From assembly GCF_001194135.2 (NCBI RefSeq), contig NC_068987.1:28830079-28868842 (forward strand): 38,764 nt of DNA, in the 5' to 3' direction. How positions within the stretch are numbered: position 1 is the stretch's first letter; each line of letters starts with the position of its first letter. Below are positions 11,950-24,664 of the stretch, piece by piece. The notes under the pieces are model-generated. The model was not told the DNA's origin. It did not search any database and saw only the letters and a program-made list of their open reading frames with translations. The stretch is from Octopus bimaculoides (taxonomy: Eukaryota). Both the position numbers and the translations under genes were made by a program.

Positions 11950-13420
11950 GAATCTCAATGGTCAGCAGACAGCTATGTTTAAATACCATTTCCACGCTGC
12001 GCAAACCCCAACATCAATGACAACCTCCACCTATGCGATACATCATTGAGGGGCTGGGACTCAAGCTGGCTTCGGTGGGGCATTGATCAATTTTGATCCA
12101 TCAAAAGCATTCGATCGGGTCAACCACCGTTACCTGGAAGCCCTGCTAAAGTGGTTGATTTTGTACACGTTGTCAAAGGCTGGATCACTGCAATGCACAG
12201 CTACACGTGCTCGGTGGTCACACTAAATGGTGATCTATCGGAACTGTCTAGCATCACACTGTCGGTACGTCAGGCTTCCCACTGTCACCCCTACTGTACC
12301 TGCAGGCTCCGGAGCCACTGCTGCGAAAGTTGGAACAATTGAGAGGCATCCCTTTCAAACTAAGACTCGGAAGAGCAGTATCTGCCACTGGGCACCTGGA
12401 CGGTGAGAGCGGTGCTGTCTGATGGTGTCGTCGAACGCTGGACCGACGGACCAGTTGAACTACTCGGGGTCTGGTTTGGTCCTGACCTCTAGGTGGATAA
12501 GAACTGGTACGAGGGGACGAACAGGGTGACCAGTCTTACCCAGAAACGTGCTAAGAGGAAGCTGCATTTGAAAGGTCGCGTAAAAGTAGTGAAGGCCTAC
12601 ATCACCTCCGTTATCATTTATCGTCTGACCGTCGTGCCTTACCCCAGTTATTGCCTGATCAAGCTGGAACGTCTCTTGTTCATGTTTTTGTGGAAGAGAA
12701 GCGTTCCAATGGTCAGACGGTGAATCTGCTGTCGGTCCTTCTGCGTGGCGGATTAGTCATACCGTGGCTTTTGATGCGCAGACATGTGCTCAGGTTGCGC
12801 CTCCTGCAGCGATTTCTAGATGATGAATGTGTGTGGGCTCCGTTTTTCAGGTACATATTTCCACAACTCGTGTCTTTCACGGAGCAGCAGTCTTGGGTTA
12901 AACATAGACCAAGACTGGGCGCCTGGCCCTAAAAATATCGTGAGGCGTTCACTGTCCTCTACCATTCGCGCAATAGGATCGTCTGTCGTCCGAGTCTGTA
13001 GTGATTATTGCACATACGCCCGCCTTTCTTCAATCGGGTGGGCAAAGCAGTTTTACTTTGCCTGGTTGATATGGCGAAAGAGGTTGTCTGGTGGACGAGG
13101 CTGAAAGGAATCAGGAAAGGGACATTCCTTTTTGGTAAAACCCTCATTGACTTTTCAAGTTTGACTTGAAAAGGAAATTGAGGGTGGAGAGGGATGTGCT
13201 GTTCTCGAGTGAATTTCTGAAAGAGCGGGTGAAATTTGCAAAAATGGCTAGAGTGGATGGTACCACTCTGACTGTAGACCTGTGATTCGGAGAAAAGGAG
13301 TTGAAAAAGGTACTAATTTGTGGTTTTCAGGGTGGTGTTGTATGATTGCTCCTTGATTATCCCTAGTGCTGCTCCTGTAAGTGGAGCACCACCCATAATA
13401 GTATTTTCCCTTATTGTACT
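11950..13420 (+). mobile_element. Degenerate, internally deleted Tx1-clade (L1 group) LINE: RT to 3' end
   Basis: NINDNLHL..IIEG..GALINFDPSKAFDRVNHRYLEALLK (~12010-12150), GWITAMHS..VTLNGDLS..SVRQ (12178-12275), VELLGVWFGPDL, RKLHLKGRVKVVKAYITSVIIYRLTVVP..LERLLFMFLWK, GGLVIPWLLMRRHVLRLRLLQRFL. No YADD segment was found between these blocks, suggesting an internal deletion. Confidence 0.85.
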
Positions 13421-13430
13421 ATATATACGT

Positions 13431-13808
13431 GGAAACGCAATGGCCCAGTGGTTAGGGCAGCGGACTCGCGGTCATAGGATCGCGGTTTTGATTCCCAGAC
13501 CGGGCGTTGTGAGTGTTTATTGAGCGAAAACACCTAAAGCTCCACGAGGCTCCGGCAGGGGATGGTGAACCCTGCTGTACTCTTTCACCCCAACTTTCTC
13601 TCACTCTTTCTTCCTGTTTCTGTTGTGCCTGTATTTCAAAGGACCAGCCTTGTCACACCGTGTCACGCTGAATATCCCCGAGAACTATGTTAAGGGTACA
13701 CGTGTCTGTGGAGTGCTCAGCCACTTGCACGTTAATTTCACGAGCAGGCTGTTCCGTTGATCGGATCATTTGTAACCCTCGACGTCGTAAGCGACGGAGT
13801 GCCAACGA
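13431..13808 (+). mobile_element. tRNA(Arg)-like-headed SINE, longer group B2 variant
   Basis: Head GGAAACGCAATGGCCCAGTGGTTAGGGCAGCGGACTCGCGGTCATAGGATCGCGGTTTTGATTCCCAGACCGGGCG is tRNA-like with A and B boxes. It shares its head with group B but has a different ~300-bp body. Confidence 0.8.
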
Positions 13809-13975
13809 CTATATATATTTCACTTCTTTTAATGTATAGTGTGTATACTTTGTTTTTTTTATATATCATTCCATTATATGTACACCCACACACATTATGT
13901 CTGTCTTTGTATTGTCCACCTCATCCTTTGCGCTGGTAGCAAATGAAAGAAATCATTATTAATATTACCATTATT

Positions 13976-14195
13976 GACGCTGCGAGCTGGCAGTATCGTT
14001 AGCACGCCGGGCGAAAGAGCTTCGCAGCATTTCGTCTGTCCTTAGTTCTGAGTTCAAATTCCGCTGAGGTCGACTTTGGATTTTGTTCTTTCGGGGTCGA
14101 TAAATTAAGTACGAGTTACAGATTGGGGTTGATTTAATCGTCTAGTCCCCACCAACAAAAAACTTCAAAACGTGTGCCAATAATAGAAAGGATTA
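13976..14195 (+). mobile_element. tRNA-derived SINE, group A
   Basis: GCGAGCTGGCAGTATCGTTAGCACGCCGGGCGAAA...TTCTGAGTTCAAATTCCGCTGAGGTCGACTTT. Confidence 0.9.
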
Positions 14196-14261
14196 TTGGT
14201 ATTATTATTATTATTATTATTTGAGAATTAGATTAAGCGTTATAATAATTACTCATTTTAT

Positions 14262-14478
14262 GGCGGCGAGCTGCCAGAAACGTTAGCATGCAGTGCGAAA
14301 TGCTTAACGGTATTTACGTTCTGAGTTCAAATTCCGCCGAGGTCTGCTTTGCATTTCATCCCTTCGGGGTGTATTAAATAAGTACCAGTTATGCACTAGA
14401 ATCGATGTAATCGTCTTAAACCCTTTGTCTGTCCTTGGTTGTCCCCTCTCTGTTTAGCCCCTTGAGGGCAATAAAAAT
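14262..14478 (+). mobile_element. tRNA-derived SINE, group A (alternative-tail subfamily)
   Basis: GGCGGCGAGCTGCCAGAAACGTTAGCA...GTTCAAATTCCGCCGAGG. The tail TTGTCCCCTCTCTGTTTAGCCCC...GGGCAATAAAA matches the 24665 copy. Confidence 0.88.
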
Positions 14479-14511
14479 ATATATATATAGGTGCTAAAAC
14501 GTTGCATCCAA

Positions 14512-14541
14512 CTATTATTATTATTATTATTATCATTATTA

Positions 14542-14572
<31 letters not shown>

Positions 14573-14605
14573 TATTATTATCATTATTATTATTATTATT
14601 ATTAT
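14512..14605. repeat. (TTA)n microsatellite with TCA variants
   Basis: Directly visible. Confidence 0.95.
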
Positions 14606-14859
14606 AGAAACAAAGGTCACATTTGGTTTTGGATTTATGTGTAGCAAGTTATTACTTGTAACCTAAAATATCCACACGTTTTCGACGGTGCTTAGAACCC
14701 TCCTGATATTTGTTGCTGTCCCTAACAGACAAGCATTCTGTAGGAGCTCTAGTGGGTAATCTAGTTTAGTCTCCTCCAACTATCTGTCTATATTCTGACT
14801 TACTCTTCCCAAAGCACCAATTATTATAGGCACGATCTTTACTGTTCACATGCTCCAAA

Positions 14860-15062
<203 letters not shown>

Positions 15063-15699
15063 ATTCCGTTTTTAAGAATGCTAAAGAGGAAACACAGAGA
15101 AATAAACCGAACAAAAACTTACAGATAGTTAGAGACTAATAACTTACTCAGTATTAGATGAAAAGTGAAAAGAGATGTAAATAAAACATAGATAATGGGC
15201 TACTGTAATCTGGCTGTGAGAGTAATAAATCTTCACTATAATATTCTGAACAGAACGACAAATATATTAGCAAGATTAGAAATGAAGGAAAGTAAAATTA
15301 TGATTGCATTTAGAATAGACTGTGGAAAATCTTGAATACTGAAATTCATATTTACCATAAAAACAGTGGAGCAAATGTATGTAAAGACACTGAGTACTTG
15401 AAATTCTCCACTATATGATTATAAGTAAATTCATTAAATGAATTTATTTATAATCCGATATATGGAACAAGCAATGCAAACATGTTTTCCGTCTGCAATT
15501 AAATGTACAAATACCAAATACAGGTATACCAAATATACGTTGAATAATTGTAGGGAGGAATTAGCTAAAAAAACAATAGAAATTAATAAAAGTTAAACGC
15601 TAAATTAATAATGAGACATCTTTAGATAATAAGAAGATTAAATTATTCGATGACCTATAGGTGAAGAAAGTGAACAAGTTGGAGTTGGGCCAAGAAATA

Positions 15700-16987
15700 T
15701 CTCAACCAATAAGGGAAGGCTTCAACCCGATGACTGAAAATTATTTTCTGTGATGCAGGTTCAAATTCGTTCAGACTAAAAGCATAAAACAGAGCTGGAT
15801 GCACTACAAGCAGTGTGTGGAGCTGTTGTGAACAAGAAATGAAACACATTGTATCAGACGGATCACTATTATCAGAGAAAGAATAAATTTTAAACCTTGA
15901 CTACCCTAGGTTTGCGCTCATACTGGGAAAGAATTCCAGAGCCCCACCATTCAGTAAAGGAAGGAATGGACATAGTGACAATTCCTCTGCTTCAGTATCA
16001 GAGTTAACATTTTAATGTTTTCTGGAGAAGAAATATAGCATGAATTCGTAAAATTTACAATCGCTATCCTAATACTTGTGTGTCATTATTATATAGAGCT
16101 TATTCGCCCATGCCCAACAACTGACTAAATACTGAACTAGAGAGAAATGGCATATTACCATAGTAACAGAAACAGGGCGCGGAATAGTTGCATGACTATA
16201 AACCATCAGTATCACCATAAGGCAAATAAAATTTAATGAAAACTAAAACTACAATCATTAAAAAAATTCAGCGAAATCCGGTTTTATTTGACAATCATTG
16301 CTTCCATTAACACATTTATTGAATGAAACCCCCTACAGCTATAGATGTTATGGACATACTATAAATTATTTTTCGTACATAAATGAATTAAAAATATTTA
16401 CAACTGACAATGCTGAGCTGGGAAACCTACTTGAAGTTCTTTTTTGTAATTCAGTCAACACATAAAATTCAGTTTGGGATTAGACAAATGCGCCAAACCT
16501 ACAACAAATGAGGCAAATTAACTAAAACTGAGAATATCATAATGGGTAAATGTAAGAAAATTAAAGCTTACATCAGCATCACATATACAAGTATTTAAGA
16601 GTTGAGGGCGTAGATACGGCCCAGAGCATAAATGTGAAAGAACAGAATATTAGGAATTAAAAGGAAAACATAAATATACTAGCCATGATACCATTTACTA
16701 CATCAGCACAATAAAATCAATTTTATGTCAATAGGATAGCTTTCAAAGAGAAAAAAACTTCTCAGGAAAATACGAGAGCATTTGGAATTCATCAATACAA
16801 ATCCCAAATATATTTGTATGAGAGTGGGTATACATGAATGTATGTATGTATGTACGTATGCATGTATGTATGTATGTATGTATGTATGTATGTACGTACG
16901 TATTTATGTATGTATATATGTTTGCATGTATGTATGCGTGTATGTATGTATGTATGTAGGTAGGTAGGTAGGTAGGTAAGTAGGTAG

Positions 16988-17062
<75 letters not shown>

Positions 17063-17200
17063 TATAGATAGATAGATAGATAGATTTGTAGAGTAATATA
17101 TAGATTCATTGAATTGTTTAGTTATCACAATATCTCCTCTAGGAGACTGGAGACTCACACAGCAGTATGACGCAGCGGAAATCCAAGGAATCACATCCAA
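15700..17200 (+). mobile_element. Very old R4/Dong-like RT remnant interrupted by a tetranucleotide microsatellite
   Basis: HLLNETPYSY (~16315), ELKIFTTDNAELGNLLEV (~16385-16440), GLDKCAK (~16476-16497) and YKYL (~16585) occur in R4/Dong RT order. The 5' boundary is uncertain. Confidence 0.55.
16835..17085. repeat. (TATG)n-(TAGG)n-(TAGA)n compound microsatellite
   Basis: Directly visible. Confidence 0.97.
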
Positions 17201-18439
17201 GAGATCTTTTCATGAGGAATATATAAATCATAAAACGATTAAATGTCATGAGATATGAGAGGTGACTATACTTATTTAATCATTTCTCATTCTTAGGATT
17301 ACGACCTAGCAACCTTCTTCATGAAATGATAATTTCTGTGTATAATAAGTTACGTTTACACTTTTGCACTAATATGAATGTTTACACATAATGTAATGCA
17401 ATTCTATATTCACAAATCAATACAAATAAAGGAAGCTAAATCATCAGATCAAAATATTACCACAGTTACATCAACGATTTAGCTCTAAGTAAATACAATA
17501 TATGGAAGATCGAAATTAGATAAAATTAGATAAAATTAGCCTGGTATGGTCACTTAAATTAAAGATATGCTATTTCACATCAATGAAAAATCTAAGTTCC
17601 GGGAATCGTCCAGTCTTAAAGTTAAAGAAAAAAAAAATGGAAGACATAAGAAGACATCAAATTAGGATTAACTGAGATAGGGATTTATTTATTTGTATTG
17701 CTGTGGGTTATAAAGTTTATTAAATGTAGGCTTCATAATTAACAATAAGATAGGAATAGTGAGCATAAGGGAATGATTTGTATTTAAGGTACTGATGTCA
17801 ATGAATGACATGCATTTCTACAAATTGCAGAATATGTAAACATGGTTTAATATGTTATCTATCATTAAGGAGAGATAAACTAATGGTTAACAAGGCAGAG
17901 CTGTATTGATCGACATGGTAGAATGTCCGGATATGGTCTAATACATTATCTATTGCTAAAGAGCTAAGCCTAAATTATGGTTAACTAACACACGGAATTA
18001 TTCAGTTGTTATGATCTAGATTACCGAGTTTATTTATGTTGATGTAATAATTAAGTATAAGATTAGTTATGGCTAGTATACAGTAACGATTTATATTAAT
18101 GTGTTGGCATTAAAATTAAGGTTCATAGTCATTTATGAGCGGTTTTTTGACCTTTTAACTCTATTCGAAAGTTACTGTTATTCAATGCACTACTATCATT
18201 GTGATTTCATTTTTATACCCGCAACTGTCTGTTTACTATTAAACTCATTAATTTTATATTTTTGCACGTACTTTTATATATAATATTTAGAAATATTTTA
18301 TATATTTACAACAACTACCTTACTTCCTTTCCTTATCCCTTCCTGTTTTTAACAATCCTCAGGATGTCAAGTGGTTGAATAAATATATTCACCTTTCATA
18401 ACTACTGCCTATTTTTCTTTTTCGCATATACATATACAC

Positions 18440-18472
<33 letters not shown>

Positions 18473-18545
18473 TGTGTGTGGTGTGTGTATGTATGTGTGT
18501 ATGTGTTTGCGTGTGTGTGTGTGAGTGTGTGTGTGTGTGTGTGTA
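18440..18545. repeat. (GT)n microsatellite
   Basis: Directly visible. Confidence 0.95.
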
Positions 18546-18636
18546 TTGCTCTTAATTACTTTCGCGACGTCTATATTTCTCCCTTTAGATTGTAAAACTA
18601 TGAAAAAACCACCCATATTATTTATATACATACATA

Positions 18637-18940
18637 NNNNNNNNNNNNNNNNNNNNNNNNNNNNNNNNNNNNNNNNNNNNNNNNNNNNNNNNNNNNNNNN
18701 NNNNNNNNNNNNNNNNNNNNNNNNNNNNNNNNNNNNNNNNNNNNNNNNNNNNNNNNNNNNNNNNNNNNNNNNNNNNNNNNNNNNNNNNNNNNNNNNNNNN
18801 NNNNNNNNNNNNNNNNNNNNNNNNNNNNNNNNNNNNNNNNNNNNNNNNNNNNNNNNNNNNNNNNNNNNNNNNNNNNNNNNNNNNNNNNNNNNNNNNNNNN
18901 NNNNNNNNNNNNNNNNNNNNNNNNNNNNNNNNNNNNNNNN
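18637..18940. other. Assembly gap (N run)
   Basis: Run of N. Confidence 1.
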
Positions 18941-20087
18941 TATGTCTGTTGCAGCAAGATCAGAAAATTACTTAGTAGCGAACCAATGGAAGGTACTGTA
19001 AGAAGAGACATGACAAAATATAACACCTTTCTACATATATAAAAAGAAGCATGCAATATCTACCAACTGCAAAAGAAATCCATTGATTTTAATTTGAACG
19101 AAGCTACCAACAATATTAAAAAAAAAAAAACAGAGGTAAAAATTTAAAAGGATTTCAAAATATACGAAGGTTTAAATAGCTAGAAAATCAACTTCTGTGT
19201 CATTGCCTCTTAAGTAGCACACGATCGGCCTGTAAAACATATCGCATACAATCATTCTTAACTTACACAAATCATATTTTTTCAAAATTATACGTCACAT
19301 TCTAAAAGAACCCAACCAAACAATAAAGCACAACACAGTTAACAACCATCGTTCAATAAAAAATTGAAATTTATTTTATGTAATGAACGCATACCCAACA
19401 CTCTTAACGTAAACAACTTAAAAAACAGAAACACATTTTCCAACTAATATAAATAACACAACACGGAAAGCACATTAAATTTCCGAATATGTCTGTGTAT
19501 GTGTGTATTTTATTTTATTTTTGTGTGCGTGTGTGTGGTTTTTGTTTGTTTCTGCTTGTATGCGTGTGTGTGTGAGAAAAAGGAAGACGGAGAGAGTGAA
19601 AGAGAAAGAAAGACAGAGAAAGAGATTGTATATCACATGGGTGTTTATGTGTGCATTAAAACATATACATTTGTGATTGTGTGAAAATATCCATTGCAGA
19701 AAATTCAAACAGAGAAGCTTCGGACTGATTTAAATATCTTGACTGTTGCACTGTTATTTTTTTTTCTGCATTTGGAGTTATTTCGGGATTTATAGGCAAA
19801 TAAGATGCCTGTGTGTGTATATATGTATGTGTGTGTGTATGTGATTGTGTGTGTATTTGTGTGTTTGTATGTGCATGTGTGTGTGTGACAGATTACACGT
19901 GTATGCATAAAACTGATTTTGTTAAGCAAATCAGATGTCTGTGTGTGTATATATCTGTGTGATTGAGTGCATTTGTGTGGGGGAGTTACACGCGCTCGTG
20001 TGTAACAGATTACACATCATATGTGTGTACATAAAGCAGTGTTTTTGATTGTATTTCGAGGTTTATGGGCGAATGAATTGTATGTAT

Positions 20088-20487
20088 ACTCTCTTACTCT
20101 TTTACTCTTTTACCTGTTTCAGTCATTTAACTGTGGCCATGCTGTGGCACCTCCATTAGTCGAGCAAATCGACCCCAAGACTTATTCTTTGTAAGCCTAG
20201 TACTTATTCTATCGGTCTCTCTTGCCGAACCGCTAGTTTACGGGAACCTAAACATGCCAGCACCTATTGCCAGGCGATGTTGGGGTGACAAACACAGATA
20301 CACAACTTATACACGCATATACATATATATATATATATACATATATACGACGGGCTTCTTTCAGTTTCCGTCTACCAAATCTACTCACAAGGCTTTGGTC
20401 GGCCCGAGGCTATAGGAGAAGACACTTGCCCAAGGTGCCATGTGGTAGGTAAACAAGCTACTTACCACACAGCCACTCCTACGCCTC
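20088..20487 (-). mobile_element. Composite SINE: tRNA/CORE-like head (group D, 20487-20348), internal (AT)/(GT) microsatellite, group C tail with (GAGTAAAA)n end
   Basis: Minus strand: GGCGTAGGAGTGGCTGTGTGGTAAGTAGCTTG...GGCACCTTGGGCAAGTGTCTTCT (MIR-core-like), then a microsatellite, then ...CGGTTCGGCAAGAGAGACCGATAGAATAAGTACTAGGCTTACAAAGAATAAGTC...GAGTAAAAGAGTAAAAGAG. The same architecture occurs at 26070-26320. Confidence 0.82.
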
Positions 20488-20514
20488 CTTATGTATATAA
20501 GTATTATGCATGCA

Positions 20515-20597
20515 TACATGCATACATGTATGTATGTATGTATGTATGTATGTATGTAGGTAGGTAGGTTGGTAGGTCGGTCGGTAGGTAGGTAGGT
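20515..20597. repeat. (TATG)n-(TAGG)n microsatellite
   Basis: Directly visible. Confidence 0.93.
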
Positions 20598-20974
20598 AAC
20601 TTTTATTGGCCGGCTCGATGGATATGTGTACTTTCGGATGGATGTTTGAATGGGCGGATAGATATTCGACGAAGTCGGAAAATACATTAATTGAAAACTA
20701 AATTGGAAATTCAAATGTTGTACAACTAGCAAAATAGCATAACAATATTTTCTCATTATTTCAATAAAGAAACGTTTCTCTGCAAACGAAATTACACAGT
20801 AAACTCCATTCGAGTAAAACTGCATCACTGTAGGACGAACTATATTCATTCTGTATTGCATAAATATGTAAATAAAAGATATATGAACAGAATAACAACG
20901 TTAAGAAAGAGAGTAAGTACACTGGATATGTTGATCTCAAATGATGAAGCAAAAATGAATTAAAGTATTAAAGA

Positions 20975-21570
20975 NNNNNNNNNNNNNNNNNNNNNNNNNN
21001 NNNNNNNNNNNNNNNNNNNNNNNNNNNNNNNNNNNNNNNNNNNNNNNNNNNNNNNNNNNNNNNNNNNNNNNNNNNNNNNNNNNNNNNNNNNNNNNNNNNN
21101 NNNNNNNNNNNNNNNNNNNNNNNNNNNNNNNNNNNNNNNNNNNNNNNNNNNNNNNNNNNNNNNNNNNNNNNNNNNNNNNNNNNNNNNNNNNNNNNNNNNN
21201 NNNNNNNNNNNNNNNNNNNNNNNNNNNNNNNNNNNNNNNNNNNNNNNNNNNNNNNNNNNNNNNNNNNNNNNNNNNNNNNNNNNNNNNNNNNNNNNNNNNN
21301 NNNNNNNNNNNNNNNNNNNNNNNNNNNNNNNNNNNNNNNNNNNNNNNNNNNNNNNNNNNNNNNNNNNNNNNNNNNNNNNNNNNNNNNNNNNNNNNNNNNN
21401 NNNNNNNNNNNNNNNNNNNNNNNNNNNNNNNNNNNNNNNNNNNNNNNNNNNNNNNNNNNNNNNNNNNNNNNNNNNNNNNNNNNNNNNNNNNNNNNNNNNN
21501 NNNNNNNNNNNNNNNNNNNNNNNNNNNNNNNNNNNNNNNNNNNNNNNNNNNNNNNNNNNNNNNNNNNNNN
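20975..21570. other. Assembly gap (N run)
   Basis: Run of N. Confidence 1.
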
Positions 21571-22056
21571 ATAGGCATAGATACATATAAATACTTATGT
21601 ATAACATAAATATAATATATGTATATGTATACATAAATGCATACACATAGAGACACAAAAGCACACTCATACACACACATGTACAACTCATTTAGTATAA
21701 AACATTTATTACTTGTAGCAGCGAAAATCTGCAACAATTTGTCGAGCATACATATTAGTTCATAATCTTGTAAATACTAGTTGCAAAAGGGAGACAATCC
21801 AAAATTACTTCTGCAGGATCAGAACTGTAAAACTATGAATTAAATACTCAGGTGACGTTGACTCTACCTCTATATATAATTGTATAAATGCTTCACGCTT
21901 ACACTATCACTATGTACAAACTCTACAATCTACTCTAACACTGCCTAATCAAAGTGCTCCACCACTTTCATCAATATACTACGCAACAGCACCCAACACA
22001 TAAGCAATCCTATGTTATTTCAGTTCTGTTTACTCATCGGAGCGCCACTGTTTTAA

Positions 22057-22247
22057 TATTGGTTTCAAATTTTGGCACAAGGCGTGCAAGTTCGAGGGAA
22101 GGGTTAAGTCAGTTACTTCGATCCCAGTACACAATTTGTACTGTATTTTATCAGCTGCGAAAGGACGAAAGGCAAAGTCGGCCTCGGCGGAATTTGAACT
22201 CAGAACGTAAAGACGCACGAAATACCGCTAAGTATTTATGCCAGCAC
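22057..22247 (-). mobile_element. tRNA-derived SINE, group A (left arm of inverted pair)
   Basis: AAAGGCAAAGTCGGCCTCGGCGGAATTTGAACTCAGAACGTAAAGACGCACGAAATACCGCTAAG is the reverse complement of the group A sequence. Confidence 0.9.
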
Positions 22248-22261
22248 ATTGCCTTCCATTG

Positions 22262-22433
22262 ACGCGTCGGGTGAAATGCTTAGCAGTATTTCGTTTGTCA
22301 TTACGTTCTGAGTTCAAATTCCGCTGAGGTCGACTTTACCTTTCATCCTTCCGGGGTCGATAATTAATTATCAGTTGTGTACTGGGGTCGATCTAATCGA
22401 CTGGCCCCTCCCAAAAAATGTGGGGCCTTGTGC
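22262..22433 (+). mobile_element. tRNA-derived SINE, group A (right arm of inverted pair)
   Basis: GAAATGCTTAGCAGTATTTCGTTTGTCATTACGTTCTGAGTTCAAATTCCGCTGAGGTCGACTTT...GGGGCCTTGTGC. Confidence 0.9.
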
Positions 22434-22619
22434 ATCTCTGCCTTTTCATCCTTCCATGGTCGTTAAAATAAATTTGCAATCATATTCAGCTAAGGATCGG
22501 TATCACTGCTTATGTTGTAGAACGTGTTTAACAATGATCTGACTGGAAAAAAAAAGAAAAACTCCCTCCCATGGAATATATATATTTACATATTTCAGTT
22601 GAATGAGTCTTTAGAAGAA

Positions 22620-24600
22620 CACCTAGCTAGTCTTCATTGAGGGTGAATGATTACTTGTTCAAAAAGTAGTGTATTGTGCCATCAACATCACTATCTCATC
22701 TGTGACCATCTTCAGTCCAGTAGCAAGACAAGATTAGTAGCGTTGGAGAAGGAGATGGATGCACAGGACGATCAAGATGGCTTTCATGGCACAACATTCT
22801 CTCTGCATCCTACAATGCGTTGGTGCAGCCGCTTTCTCCTCCGTTGATTCCCGTTGGTTTTTCTCCATAGGATACGCTGGATCCAGTCTTCTTACGCATT
22901 GGTAGACAAGCCATAATATGTCAATTAACCGTTAGTGAGGTTCTGACAGTTGCTACTACACAGTGTCAGAGTAAAACTGGGAAAAATATTGGCCTCACAA
23001 TCTTCAAAAGATGGGATTTTTCGATCCAGGGCCCAACCAGTGGATGCAGTTTAATGTCATACTCATTATGGCTTTAACCGTCCATAGCGACACATAGATT
23101 AAGAGATGGCTCCTTGTTTTTTTCAATATATTTCAGGAGAAGTAAGACGCGATAACGTGATCCAGTTTAAAGAACGAGGGATGAAGACGATGAATTCAAA
23201 CAATTTCACCCTTTCGAAGAAAGATCTTGGCGTGGTACTGTTTGGAGAATGCAAATTGAGTTACTGGAAATTTGGCTTCCAGGTCGTTTTACTAATCAGA
23301 TTCTTGATTGTCCGGTTCAGGAAACTGGGAGGCAGCAAGACACCGAGCTTGGGGCGAGTTGCAACCGGAATATTTCGGAAATAGCAGCTTATATTTCTTA
23401 CTAAGTATGTTGCTGATTCTGCAAAGGACTGATTCTCTCAGTTGTTCTCTACTTTTGCAGCTACGCAATGTAAAATATTCTCATGTGAATCTTAGTTTAT
23501 TTTATGTTAATCGCTTTTCTTATTGGATATTAAAATGTTATGAATATTCTTTATTTATCTGCTATAAACGGTACGTTAACCCAGGTAAACCTCATTGTCA
23601 GAGTTCTTCGGCATGATTCTGTACTTGCGCTATTTTTTGAATGTGGGAATAGCATAAATGCATGTGTATTATGCCATAGTTTACTCCGTTCCCTTCTCGC
23701 TTCGTCGTAAGTTTTGAAACGCATGCACACATTGCTCTAGCCTGATCAATTTAGAAAATATTTGTGGATACATTAGCAAAAAAACACATCTAATTGTTTA
23801 TAGGGTTTAATAGAAATAATTAAAAATCCAGAGGTATGCGACCTTCCACCTTGCCGATTATTAAAGACCAAAGAGACTTGTCCTTTAGTCAGATACTTCG
23901 GTTTCAGACCTTGATTTTCTTTCTATGAATCTGTGAGGTCACATGTTTTCTTGCCCTCTTTACGCTATCGACACTGCACGTTCTGAAAGTCTAGTCTTAG
24001 TTGTTCAAATCAAATTTCAATGCATGCTTTTGCGCATCTGATGTTGTTGAACTTGTCGTTGTTAAGTGTATCACTCAAATTGACATTCTTAAGCGCTGAA
24101 ATATTATTACAATGAATGAGGGTTGCTGTGTAATTAAAGAATTTCTGTTTTTGTTATCCTCTATGTTGTTTACTTTACTTCAACGAGACATTTCTCCTGT
24201 GAGAAAACATCTTGTACTTGATGTAAACAAAAGTAAAGTAGAATTATCTCCAAAAGCATCAGACCTTATATCTTCCAGTTATTTTGCTGTTTCTATTATC
24301 GATTCACTTTTAATTGCAGCCATTTTGTGTTTATTGTTCATGCTGTAGTTCATGTCGTTCGTTTTGTTAACAAGTTGTTTACTTATTTCTCTGGCCACAA
24401 CTTAATACGTTTACTCTTTTGGCGCAAAGTACTGGGATGTTGAATCAGACCTCTATTCTACTCTAGTTTAATTTCGTTGAAACCTTTACTCACTCATCTG
24501 TTCCACATCTGTTTCTGTCTTCCACGACATTGAATGCTCTCCCGGTCTTCAAATGAGGATTGGGAGAGTATTGCAGCTACGTTCTGCTTCCCATACGCCT
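22620..24600 (-). mobile_element. Possible highly decayed RTE-type LINE
   Basis: Weak minus-strand peptide echoes only: IVRPIFFPVLL at ~23000, ILWRKTN at ~22870, LEDIRSDAFGD at ~24260. More complex than the flanks but no intact ORF. Confidence 0.3.
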
Positions 24601-24664
24601 GTGTCAATGTTATTTTTGTGAGATTAAGGCAATGAGATTTTAATAGTTATTTTTATTTCTTTTT

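Noticed and set aside
13431-13510. tRNA-Arg-like sequence as a real tRNA gene (also the heads at 9420 and 34259)
   Set aside because: The acceptor stem is not closed and the sequence runs directly into a SINE body with no terminator; these are SINE heads.
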